Below the pieces are notes generated by a model. The model was not told the DNA's origin and did no database searches. It was given only the letters and a program-made list of their open reading frames with translations. The position numbers and the translations under genes are program-made. DNA of 64,000 nucleotides from Amoebophrya sp. A120 (lineage: Eukaryota > Protista > Dinoflagellata): contig CAJINV010000005.1 in assembly GCA_905178155.1 (NCBI GenBank), forward strand, positions 8,748,449 through 8,812,448, written 5' to 3'. This document shows, one piece after another, positions 23,755-35,761 of this stretch (within the stretch, counting starts at the first letter, position 1; every line of letters starts with the position of its first letter).

Positions 23755-26700
23755 CTTGGGACAACTCTTTTGCGATCTATTGGAGCTGTTGCTGAGTCTG
23801 GAATTCACAAAAAACACGTTTGCGATGATCTAGAAACGTGCGTCCTCCGCTAAGTTACCTTATCAAAAATCAGGGTCGTTTACCATGAACTGAAGCATGA
23901 CGAAGTGGCGTTTCGGTGTTGACGCCACTGCGAATCGACCACGAGTTTCTTCTTTCAGCCGATTGTAAAATGCCGAACGACGAAATAGGTACAACACCTA
24001 CGATTCCGAAGATGAGAGTCACACTTAAGGCATCTAGCATTGCGATTCGTCGATTGTAACAGAGTAGTTCGTTGTACGAATACGCCGATCCGAATGGAGT
24101 GTTAGTGTAGTCTTTACCTTACGACTAGACGACGATTAATGAAATCGCGATCGCCATCGAAGATAGAAACGCGACAAGCACTTCTTCCTGTTGGGTGCAA
24201 AGTGGAACTACGTGGTCGTTCCAGTTCACCAACGCAAGCATCTAATCTGTCCCATGATGCGGGGTAAAAGTCAAACCGTTGCAGCTGACTTGCTTTGTAT
24301 GTTGTCACTCTCTTGCCCATATTTCAGATATACAGTTTTTGTTTTCAAATTCTAATTCAATTGTCTCTTTATTAATTTCCGAATCTCAGGTATCATTTTG
24401 CAACCATTGCCATATTGTTTTCGTTTCTTCAAAGCCCGAAGAATAGACCAAGTCTGATGAATATCTAGTTTGGGATTAAGACCAGTAATTAGAAGCTCAA
24501 CAGTTGTTTATCAACATTGTTCGGTGGCTAATTTCACGAAAAAACTGTAGTTGTAAAAAAGCTGTGGTTGTAAATTGTTTGTAATTGTGAACGAAAAAAT
24601 TATATTACATCCTTTGTCATTGATGATTCTCGAGTAAACGTCTGCTCATCAAGCTGATACGCTGCAGCCTCTAGTTGTAAAATTGAGTTGTATCGTATCC
24701 ACTGCAAAAAATCCTTCTAGGTCGGGAAAGAATCTGTGATGCGGAATTGTGAATGACAGGATGTGGAACGCTGGGGTTATGTGGCGTTGCAGCTAGGCAC
24801 GACAGTTTGTAGTAGCATGCTCCTACACGTCCTGTTCTTGCCCTGTTCTTGTACCTCCATCATGATTTACCAACTGCGTTTCCACGCAACAAAAGAGGCC
24901 GAGTTTCTCTTTGTCATCTTTACTTCCTTTCCGGAAGCATGACTATGAGACACGCATTACAATTCCACTTACTCTTCCAACCCAGACAAGTTTGCAGTGG
25001 ATATTGATTGTTGCGTTCGTTTTCCAAATTTGCAACTCTAGTACCTCCTCTTAGTTGTATAATTTCATATCGGACCAACTTTTCTTTTATCTGCGAATAA
25101 ATGTTGTACATGAAGCACTGGCGACAAGTAGTAGTTGCTCCTAGCGCGAGGACCATAAATACTCCTGGTACTCTAGAACTAGAATAGCAACACCGCCATT
25201 GTTTCTTGTTACTTTTGTTCCAGATTTCGCTTTGTACGGCAGCGCCGCCCGTTGTTGAGTATTAGTCTCTTCATCGTAGTGCGTTGCAGCCTCCTCTCCT
25301 GCGGTTTATTTTATACTCAGACTACTTTTTGTTTTTTCCCCCTCCAATCCCGGCAGTTGTCAACTACTTTACTTTTTCTTCCCACCCTTCTTCGTATTGT
25401 TCTTCGTACTGGCCCTGCTAGTCTTGTTTCCGGTACCCTTGGCCTTCCGGGCGTTCATCATCTTACTGGAAGATTTCATCGCCTTCTTACCAGCCGCAGT
25501 GTGCCGTATCATACAGAAAAGACCGCTCATACCAGATATAAAAGAAGCAAGTTTGTGTTGCCAACTTCGCGTCGGCACAAACTCTGTGAACAAGTAGATG
25601 CAGAGACAAAAACTAGTTGGGACGAGACGCTTTCTTGTCACGATGGGCATGAGAAACGCAACGCGTAAGAAGTGAGGCCGAGAAGAAGGGTGAGGAAAAC
25701 GCTTTTCTCTCTGAAGGGACACTAATCGTTTTGCTGCGCTTGTGCTGCTTATCTTTGTGTTTGTGAGGTAAATAAGTACTGCGCGACAAGAAATGGCTTT
25801 CATGTATATCGGATATACATGATTTATCTTATGGGCGGCCTTATTTTCTGTAGGATATTATTCTTCGTCATCATCTTCATCTTGGCCATTGACATCTTGT
25901 TCGCGGGGGCTTTGGAGTTGGAGTTGTTCGCCTTTTTCATGCTCTTGGCAGAGGAAGAGGATGAAGAACCGCCAGCGCTCGCCTTGAAGTTCGCCTCCGA
26001 GCCTAAGGGCAGAACTCCATTATAGTGCCACCCTGTTTTTTTAGTGATGGCGCGTTTCCTTTCACTTTCTACTGAAATATTTCGCATTTGTCATGCACAT
26101 AATGCACAAAAACCAACATCAACGAAACCAATACTGGCAAGCCCATAGGCATGCGTAGAAAAGAAAAAACAGGATAAATAGGAAATACCGTAACAGCACA
26201 TTCGTGCCATAACGACTTGCTTATCCTGTGCAAAAGTGCTCCGACCCCACGACTCATACTTTCTGTTTAGCACACCAATCTTGAATGAGAGAATCCTTTC
26301 TTTCTCCTGACAAGTGCCTTGCTTAGCGAAAAGCCTCATATATGATTTTCGCTCCAAAAAAAGTTGCGCTGCAAAAATTCGTCCCCGTGCAAGTGAACAC
26401 TTTTGCACTGCTTACTGTGTGCCATGCACAGACTCGGTTTCCTTTGTGAAAGCTGGGAAGTCCACGTCTTTCGGCCGGACGAAATTTAAATTCGTATGCG
26501 GCCCGAAGGTGGTTGTCGCTCCCCATCCTTTCGGCCCGTTGTTCCCCGGCATGGTACACTCGACGAAAAACGAGCCGAAGTAGTCGATTATCGTTTGGAG
26601 GGACAATTCATCACCCCATGCCTAAATTTTCATTTTTTGATGCATTGTATCGGTGCGCGCTCCCGATATTTATTCATTCTCATTCTGATCTTTTCTGCAT

Positions 26701-27992
26701 CAGAAACAACATGTCATTCTCTCATGCGAAAAACCAATAAGACAATTTGTAGAAAATACTTTGTCCTTTTTGATGTCATTCAGGTAGGCTGTCTCTATCC
26801 CACAGAAAAGAACAGCCACATCAGAAGAAAAAAAATATGTTGCGGCTTCGGGTTACGAGAAGGTTCTTTTTGGGTGCGACCAGTGGCTCCCTTATCTCTC
26901 GCAACTTTATCGTTCCTAATATGACGCATACGCATCACAAATTGGCGCGCTCTGCATGACATTGACAACACATTGCCAGTCTTACTTTGGTCCTGCGCAT
27001 TACAGATGAGTTGGTAACGTTGCACGACGATGGCACTTGGCAACATGATTTTCTTTTCTTTCTGGTATGGGATTACTTTTCTGCCCTTGGATAGTCTTCG
27101 AGGACTTTTCCGCCCCCCCCTTATGAAACGCAAACGTGTCTGGGCCTGGAAGATTGCGCTACTTGTCATGCAGGTTTTCCATGACCCATCCCCATGAGGT
27201 CTGGAATGCAGGACCTGGCATGACAGATTCTGTGAGGTCTATAGAAGATTCTGTGAGGTCTCAGAGACCTTCTCTACCATGTCTGTCCTGCATGAGAAAC
27301 TCACTCTCAACTTCTTGGTCGACCATGAACAGCTTCTGGCAAGAACGATGCAACACAGATTTTTGTAATGCAAAAGAAAAAGAAGTCATGATAAATAAAT
27401 CTGATTCATAATGCATTAGATTTATCATGACAATCTCGACGTTCTTCCAGACCCAGTTTTATTTGCAATGCATATAATTGCCGCATTGACGATAGCGTCG
27501 CTGTCTCGTATGGAAGGGAGAAGTCGCATCGGCCCGACGTCGTGGTCACTGCTGATTGTGATTTCATAACCAACCACCAACAAACATGAAATGCAAAGAT
27601 GTCTGGGTCGGGATTAGTGGGGGAGTTTGTCATGCACATTTTGCATGATCTATGGCGTCTGCGATGAATGCCCGAGCATCACAGGTTTTGCGAGGGATTC
27701 CTGATGCCTGTCCCGCATGAGAAACGCCCTTTCTGCGTAGCAAAAAGTGGACAGTCCTCGCTGTCCATACAACACAGTCTTTTTTCAGAATCCAAAGGCA
27801 GCATCACAAATTCCATCTTTCGTCCAGACCCAGACATATTTGCAATGCATGATAAACAAATATTGATGACAAAGCTGGTCTTCCTAGAGGTTCGCTCGCG
27901 TTAGGTACTTACCTCTTCTGACCGTAATTTTTCTCTTTGGTCATGGGGCTTGCTACGATCGCGCCCCCCGACATGTGGAAGTCTGTGCCGCT

Positions 27993-28134
27993 TATCCTGT
28001 GCAAAAGTATCGCACTCGTATTTACAAATCTTTTTCTTCGGGTAAATCCGCATTACAGATTTTATTTCTCATGCTGAGGAAATCATTTGTATCTATAATG
28101 CATTTATACGAGTACGATACTTTTGCATTTCATA
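27993..28134. mobile_element. Introner, family A
   Basis: Direct repeat ccgct/ccact. Confidence 0.85.
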
Positions 28135-29697
28135 CCACTGGCTGGATGCCGATGCAAATGTTTCCCCTCATACAGTATTTCGGGTTGAGGCACAGCATTT
28201 TCCGCTTATCCACAAAAGAACGCGGGTCCGCTCAACAATTCCAACTGCTGGCAGCTGGCCGTCTATATCCATACAAAAAAAGACGCGGTGTAGTCGTGCA
28301 AATGTGTGATGCAAAACATTGAATGTGCCGGATGTTTTTCATCGTCAACCAGCACGTCCCGCCCTTGATTTCTTCGTGAGACGTGTCCTGATGAAAGAAA
28401 GGCTTTCGGATTCGGTCGTGCGAACCTTCAGCCTTGTGATAACTACGCTCATCCGAAATTATATAGAGTTGAACTTGTTCATCGACATCTACTGCACGAT
28501 ATTTTCTCTTAGATATCTTCATGTCTCATCACAACATGCTGGGATAGTTCCTATCCTGTCCAAACGTTGAGCGGGCCCGCGTTGTCGTCTGGATACCAGC
28601 ACACCCACCGGAGTTTCGCAGCGAGGTCCTCGACATGGATTGCAAATATGTCTGGGTCTGGAAGAAGTGAAACTTGTCATGCGGATTCTGGAATAGGTAA
28701 AAAATTGTATTGCATGAGCACCAAAAGCTTCCCATTGTAAATGGCGGATGATACAATCAGGCTCTCACGAGTAGAGTTGTGATTGAAGCCAAGCATTACA
28801 AGTTTCGAGTAGAACGGTTTCGACCGCAGAGCGGGACCGGGAGCGCGCAAGGGCAGGCGCGTATGTCCCTACCAATGGTGTCTCGGCAACGTGACAAAAC
28901 GCGCTGCGGTTTTGCCGGTCATGCAATATAGAAGATTCCACAGGCAGGATGAACATGCACTACCAGGCACACACTTCCGGACCCTGACACGTTTTCACTT
29001 GGTAATTAATCTCGGCGGCGGAGGCGGTTGGCCAGAGTTGTCTTGCCGTAGCTGTTATGCATTGCAAAGGCACTGCGCAGGCAGTAGCGTAAAACAAGAC
29101 TGCGCCATCAAGTCGAGTTGTCAATGTTGTCCACGGAAAGTTTGCAGCTCATGCTTGTCATGGTCGTGCTACAAGATTGATCAGAGCTATTGGTGGTAGT
29201 ATGCAGGGGCGGGCAGTCTTGTAACTACAAGGCACGACCGCGATTCCTTTGCATGGGATAGCTGTTGTAGTGTGTGTAGATGAGGAACTGCTGTCGAAGG
29301 AGAGTTTTAGTAGCGGTCTTGTTGCCCCTTGCTCCCCAATCGGTGGCTGCAACGCTGCGCGGACGGCAACAAAGTGCAGCACAGTGCGGCATCTATTTCT
29401 GCACGTTGAAGAAAAACGCGCCGCGTGTGAATCGAGAGCAACCGTCAATATCATTTGAGGCAACAGCACGACGTGAGTTTTTTTGCACAAAAATAAGAAA
29501 TGAATTTAAACTATACCAAGAAATAAACAATTCCCCTTCCCTTCCGTCCCTCTCCAGTCTTCCTCTAGACCCTGCTTCAGCAGTTTTTCCGCCACCTGCG
29601 CTGCCGCGTTCTTTCCTCCGCACTTCTTTGATTTTTTAAAGTGTGCGGCACTGTACTGCAACACTTTCTCGGTCTTCAGCTTTCCCGCAGCATCTGC

Positions 29698-30111
29698 TAT
29701 CAAATGCAAATGTGTTTGGGCTTCGATAACTTGTAATGCATGTGCAGCATGAGATGTCGTGCGTACGCATACGATACCCAAGGGCGCCGCAATCGAAGTC
29801 ATGCGATACCCAAGGGCGCCTGAAGAAGCTCCGCCGGGCACATAAGATCCAAACTGCGAACTGCAATACTAGATTTGTCATGCTTGTCTGGTACGACTCT
29901 GACTTCTGTGATGCCTGGTCAAAAAATAGCGCCTCGTATCTGTCACGCAAGAACGCCACTTGTCATGCCGAATACGCAAGACAGAACCAATTACAGAAAA
30001 TCTTGCGGATCATGCGAAGTCTGCCCGTGCATAATTGCAGTTGGATTCTTAATTCATTCATCACGAATCAGCATTAAAAGTTTTCGCACCCCAACATATT
30101 TGCAATGCATA
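29698..30111. mobile_element. Introner, long family B-like
   Basis: B-type ends; join reads NMSIAHAAGKLK. Confidence 0.75.
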
Positions 30112-32339
30112 TGAGCAATGGACATGTTCGCGTAGGTTTTATCGACGGTGGTTCCTATGCATTGCAATACATAGCATCGCACTCCCACTCACAGTCAGAA
30201 GTGAATAAAATAGCATGAAAAAGTCCAAATTGAAAAACTCGATGTGCTGCGCACGATCAAAACCTCATATAAGGAACTTGTGGTCCCCCCTGCTTGTCGC
30301 AATTGATTTGATTTGGAGTGTGATGCTTTTTCACAGGAGGATAGTTTCATATAAATTGTAAAATTGTCTGGCTCTGCAAAGCGGTGATCGAGATCATGGC
30401 AATGCTAGTGTGTGAGTGACAATTTGACTTGCGTGTAACTGTAGCTCCACGTGAAGCATCACAACAACTTCTGAAGACACTAAATATGGAACATCTGTGC
30501 CTGTGCAAACCGTACTACTATTTACGCAAGACACGTCATGTCTTTCTATCTAGTATGCCAAGTTGTGACACCTTTCCAGAGCCAGCCAAGTTTGAAGTCG
30601 ATATCTCGTTTTCGCTGCTGAGGAGAAATTTCACCCGTTTTTCGACTCCTTGCTTCTTGTTCTTCTCCGTGTCTGATTCCGCTTTTTTCGTGTAGATTTC
30701 GGATTGGGAGAGCAGAGGAGGTTTCGCACTGTTGTTGTTACTGTTGTTTGAAGCAGTTTCGTATCCTGGGTAAGAACGTCCTCCCCCCATGCAGAATCGA
30801 GACAGGCAGCCTCTTTAGCGTAGCTGCAGTTTTGGCGACCTCCTCAACACATCAAACTTGTTGGGCATGCAGATTTGCGAGACAAAGATTCATGGGGTGA
30901 AGACGTTGTTAGTCAGGATAGTTTCCGCAGAAAGTCTTCCTTGTTTTTCGTGGCTTTTTCCTCGATTTGCAAAAATCTTGTCGTTTTTATTTTCCCGCTC
31001 ATGTAGTCCCGTCCGGCTTGGTCGAGTTCCTCCTGGTTGCGCAGAACGATATTGTGTGCAAAAGTATCGGAATCGTGCGGCACTCCTATGAGTTGCAGGG
31101 CTCATGCATCATGTTCATCATGACAGAACTGCTTTCCGTTTCCTAATTTGATATCTGGCCCGAACCAACATGACAACTTGTTCAGCGAGCGTTTCTTCTT
31201 TCGAATTCAAAAAGTTTCAGTTTATAAATGTCTAACTAGTTGTGCCTCCGATACTTTTGCAACGCATACAGATTCTGCATTTGAGCGTCCGAAGCCTCTT
31301 CACTGCTACTTCCTCCCAGCAGAACCCGTTTCTCCCCAGGTTTATTCGTGGTTGCCTCGTGTCTATGAAATACAAAAACACTCTCGGTTTGCAGCATGAA
31401 GACTAGCGTCACTATCTACAGGAGCCCGAAGTTGAGTAGAATATGCCTAACAATACCAAAACCACTGATCACGATTTTGCATCCATAATCACCACACACA
31501 GTAGCCGCATCAAGAACGAGACCGAGCAAGAGCAAATTGAAAATATACATTTTATTATACATTAGTTACTGTCGCAAACGAATAGGAGTGTTTTTTCTTG
31601 GTTCGTAGCTGCAGGATTTGCCATCCGCTCTGGCTGACGCTGACGCAGCACCGGGCATGATTTTGCCGTAGTTGATTAATTTAGAGTATAAAAAAAGTTG
31701 TTTGCGCGCGATCTTATCTAATCACATCCATATCTCGTTTAGAAGAGTTGGAGACGCGCTAAACCTGCCACACAGGACTACTTACTCCGCCGCGCTATCA
31801 ATTGGATCTCTGTACTGCCTAATCGTAGTGGTTGTTGCCACGATTCTCTGGGACATCCACTGCAGGGCTGTTTTTGCTTACAAATCGCCTCGACCTGGCC
31901 GGTTTAGCCAGTGGCTACGGTTCTGCTTCTGATTTACATTCCCTCGCAGGCAGCAACCTGTGTCTCATCTCACTCTCCGCAAGGTCTCCTTCTTCACAAG
32001 CAAGCGGTGGCCCGACTCATTCTCACAGGGGGGGCGCCACTGGCACTGGGGTGCAAATAAAAAAAAAACCAAGCTTCACTCAGACACTCGCAGGCAAAAA
32101 GGCGCTGGCGCCTTCTATTTTTCCCGAAACACGTAAAGCAAATGGACGACAGGACGAGCGGCGTCGTTCGAGAGTGGCCGCCCCAGTCCCACTCCACGCT
32201 GGGAATAGGTGTAGGCATGAGCGTGTCGCGACATCGAGGCATTAGGCCGCGCGGGCGCTCCTAACTTTCCAGAAGGTGCGGAAGCTGAGCGCGTAAGCCC
32301 GGGCCCGGGCCGATCGCACGCAAAACGCTGAAACGGCCC

Positions 32340-33545
32340 GGCGAACCAGCTGCCAGAAGAACTAAGCGGAAGCCGAAAACATCGCGCGGGCCCCCTTGCG
32401 GAGTGCGGAGCACGCTCGCTGCCTGATTTCGCTCAAGAGGTGCCGCCGCCAGAAGAACTGCCCGGGAGCAACGGAAAACGCAGAAACAGACCGGCGGGGA
32501 GAGGGAATTTGGGGGACCGCGCGCCCGGAAGAGGAAAACATCGCGCGGGCCCCTTGCGGAGTGCGTAGCATGCTGATTTCGCTCAAGGGGTGCCGCCACC
32601 AGAAGAACTGCCCGGGAGCAACGGAAAACGCAGAAACAGACCAGCGGGGAGAGTACATTTGGGCCGCGCGGTCGACCGCGCGCCCGGAAGACGAAAACAG
32701 CGCGCGGGCCCCCTTGCGGAGTGCGTAGCGTGCTGATTTCGCTCAAGAGGTGCCGCCGCCAGAAGAACTGCCCGGGAGCAACGGAAAACGCAGAAACAGA
32801 CCGGGGGGGAGAGTAAATCTGGGCGCCCCCCCTTCCGGGCGCGCGGTCGACCGCGCGCCCGGAAGACGAAAACATCGCGCGGGCCCCCTTGCGGAGTGCG
32901 GANNNNNNNNNNNNNNNNNNNNNNNNNNNNNNNNNNNNNNNNNNNNNNNNNNNNNNNNNNNNNNNNNNNNNNNNNNNNNNNNNNNNNNNNNNNNNNNNNN
33001 NNTCCGGGCGCGCGGTCGACCGCGCGCCCGGAAGACGAAAACATCGCGCGGGCCCCCTTGCGGAGTGCGGAGCATGCTGATCTCGCTCAAGAGGTGCCGC
33101 CGCCAGAAGAACTGCCCGGGAGCAACGGAAAACGCAGAAACAGACCGGCGGCGAGAGTAAATTTGGGCGCCCCCCCTTCCGGGCGCGCGGTCGACCGCGC
33201 GCCCGGAAGCCGAAAACATCGCGCGGGCCCCCTTGCGGGGTGCGTAGCGTGCTGATCTCGCTCAAGAGGTGCCGCCGCCAGTAGAACTGCCCGGGGGCAA
33301 CGGGAAACGCAGAAGCAGACCGGGGGGAGGGAATTTGGGCGCCCCCCCTTCCGGGCGCGCGGTCGACCGCGCGACCGGAAGGCGAAAACATCGCGCGGGC
33401 CCCCTTGCGGAGTGCGTAACGTGCTGACTTCGCCCAAGAGATGCCACCGCCAGAAGAACCGCCCGGGAGCAACGGAAAACGGAGCAACAGACTGGGGGGG
33501 GAGTAAACTTGGGCGCCCCCCCTTCCGGGCGCGAGATCGGCCGCG
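32340..33545. repeat. GC-rich tandem satellite, unit ~150-176 bp, at least 6 copies, spans an assembly gap
   Basis: Recurring ccagaagaactgcccgggagcaacggaaaacgcagaaacagacc; 100 N at 32903-33002. Confidence 0.95.
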
Positions 33546-34011
33546 CGCCTCTCTTACCCCCTGCCTCTTGAGCGAAATCAGCATCCCGGGCGCCATTTCG
33601 CGGCTGGTTCGGATTATGCTGCCGCCGCCGCGGAGGTGCCGCGGCAAGGGGAAAATAAGAATCGCCCGGGGACGGCGGGAAACGCGGCAACCAGCTCGGC
33701 CTGTGGGTAGGTTCTCCGAAGTTTTTTTCGGGTTTTCGCACCTTTCCCCCGCTTGTATTTTGGGGGCCCGCTACCGCAATAGCACGCCCGGCGCCCTTCG
33801 CGCTGCGGGCACAATCATAGAAGGCCCCACACGCCAGCGAAGAGGCGCCCCCTCGGCGCACCGCGGCCGAAAAAAAAATGAAAATCATGCCGCATGACTT
33901 TCATTTTTTTTCGGCCGCGGTGATGCGCACGACCACGCTGGCCACCTGTCACAGAATTGGGCGAAACTCACCTGCGCGCCGAATGGTCAAAGGGTGCTCA
34001 CAGTTTTTTCA

Positions 34012-35596
34012 CTACAAAAACACGCCTGCTTTCCTCAATTCTATATTGATCTCATTCTGCAACTTGGTGAAGCTCGACACACTGTCCACTAAGGAGTAGC
34101 GCCAGCTCGCATACTCCTTTACAAATGTGAAAAACGCACTGTTCTCCTTTTTGTAATCCTCCTTTGGCCAATTCTCCTCCAAGTTCTCCCCAATCGCAAC
34201 AAGAAGACGCCCAACTTCATGCCCGTCCCCGGTGGTGTTGCTTTCCGTTTCGATCGCACCTTTTTCCAACCCCATCGCCGAAGAAGGCGGTATCTGGGAC
34301 GGATCGCCGCCTGGGCCTGCTTCGCGACGTTCATCTTCATCGGCGTGCGCGTTCGCCAAGAAGAAGTCCACCAACGCCGCAGTGAAGCAATCGTGCTCGC
34401 GCAGGATCTTCGCCGGAACAAGAAAGTCCGCCTCTTGCAACTCCTCGCCCCTTTTCAACTTTTTCTCGATTTCGCTCCGCGCTGCTGCAAAGCTCCTTCC
34501 GTAGTAGGGCCATGTCGCGCAGATATCCTTCCTGGCGTCGAGGGCGGTAGCGTCGTTGACAATCCTAGCTGACCCGAGGTCGATCACCTGCAGACGAAAC
34601 GGACACTTTTCGGCTGCCTCGCAGTCCGGGTCTTCCTTCTCGGAAAAAAATTTGCTCATACGCTTGACGTTGCGCTGCTTTTCGCTGACTTCTTTGGAAT
34701 TGTTTTCCGCTTTGTCGTTGCTTTTCCTTCCTGTTGCTTCCTCGGCTTTCTTTCGGTCTCTGTGTTTTTCTTCGGCTACCACATTGTCGAGGCCCTGGAG
34801 GTATCCTGTGCAAAAGTATCGTACTCGTAGTGATTGCAATCAAGTTTTTTTTTCAAGGTAAATCCGCATTACAAATTTTATTTCTCATGCTGAGAAAATT
34901 TGTAATGCTAATGTCCGAGTACGATACTTTTGCAATTCATAGGAGGTGGTTCTCGGTAGAGTCAGTGATAAACACCTTTCTCACCACATAGTTCTCCAAC
35001 TTGTAGTCCATGTGCAGGACCGCGCGCTCGGTGCAGCGTGGTATCAAATGCAAATATGTCTGGGTGTTGAAAGTTGTGATTCTGATACTCGAATGGCAGA
35101 TCAGCCGCTAGCACGGCATATTGGCATCAGAAATCTTTCAAGTCTTGTTGCAGATTCACTCGTAAAACGAAAACGAGTGACAAACTGGCATCCAGCATGA
35201 AAAAAAGGTGGGGTGCCCCTGGCAACCCGTACTTGTGCATCACAGATCCTGTTGCCCTTCCACTCTCGCATTGCAAATCCAGACCCAAACATACTTGCAA
35301 CGCATACGCGTAAATGCCCGACGAAACTGAACCCACAATCCGTGCAGGACCGACTTTGCGAAGGTCCTCTCCTTGAGCAGCAGCGTCCGGAGGGTGATAC
35401 CACCGTACTCGTATCGAAAGCAGAGAGACTTGGCGTCCCGGGAAAACAGGGCGATAATGTTCTCGTGTCCGTAATCTCTGTTAGCGGGATATACACTGCA
35501 AAATTCTCGCTGACTCTGAGTTTCTACACAATTGTCCTGCTTTGAACCTCCGATTTTTGTTCCTGCTACGGTATGTTCTTCTTCTTCTTCAGCCAT
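34012..35596 (-). CDS. Divergent protein kinase, at least 3 exons
   Basis: HENIIAL..YEYGG, QFRRAFTRCTERAVLHMDYKLENYVV and LQVIDLGSA assembled across two introners; N-lobe looks short. Confidence 0.8.
34802..34941. mobile_element. Introner, family A
   Basis: Direct repeat ggagg/ggagg; join reads ENHLQGLD. Confidence 0.95.
35042..35306. mobile_element. Introner, family B, direct repeat diverged
   Basis: Removing element plus 5 nt restores kinase subdomain VI spacing. Confidence 0.85.
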
Positions 35597-35761
35597 GAGT
35601 CTTGGTGTGTGAAATCAAACATCACAAACATGAAGTTCCGGGGGTCACACCGTGGCAACTATCGTGCGTGCATAATGCACGCACTGTTACCTCAGATTCC
35701 GTACTGCAAGCAGAAGCGCAATCCGTTTTTGTTTGACGGCAAACGCTAACTATGTTGATCT

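Larger units (their letters stand above)
25369..31400 (-). pseudogene. Intron-rich gene or genes with C-terminal Lys/Met-rich tail (..AGKKAMKSSSKMMNARK..KKGGKKK*), partly disrupted
   Basis: Several in-frame joins at both ends, but in-frame stops in candidate exons near 27900-28250 and a truncated introner at ~28635-28810. Confidence 0.4.

Noticed and set aside
27900-28250. Stop-codon reassignment, reported in one Amoebophrya lineage, as an explanation for in-frame TAA
   Set aside because: Long exons elsewhere in the window have no internal stops; local pseudogenisation or my exon choice is more likely.
29300-29395. THAP-like start MPHCAALCC suggesting a transposase
   Set aside because: The remaining THAP residues and any DDE domain are not visible; no autonomous transposase was identified in the window.
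32340-33545. CRISPR-like array
   Set aside because: Whole units repeat with no unique spacers, and there are no cas genes; it is a satellite.
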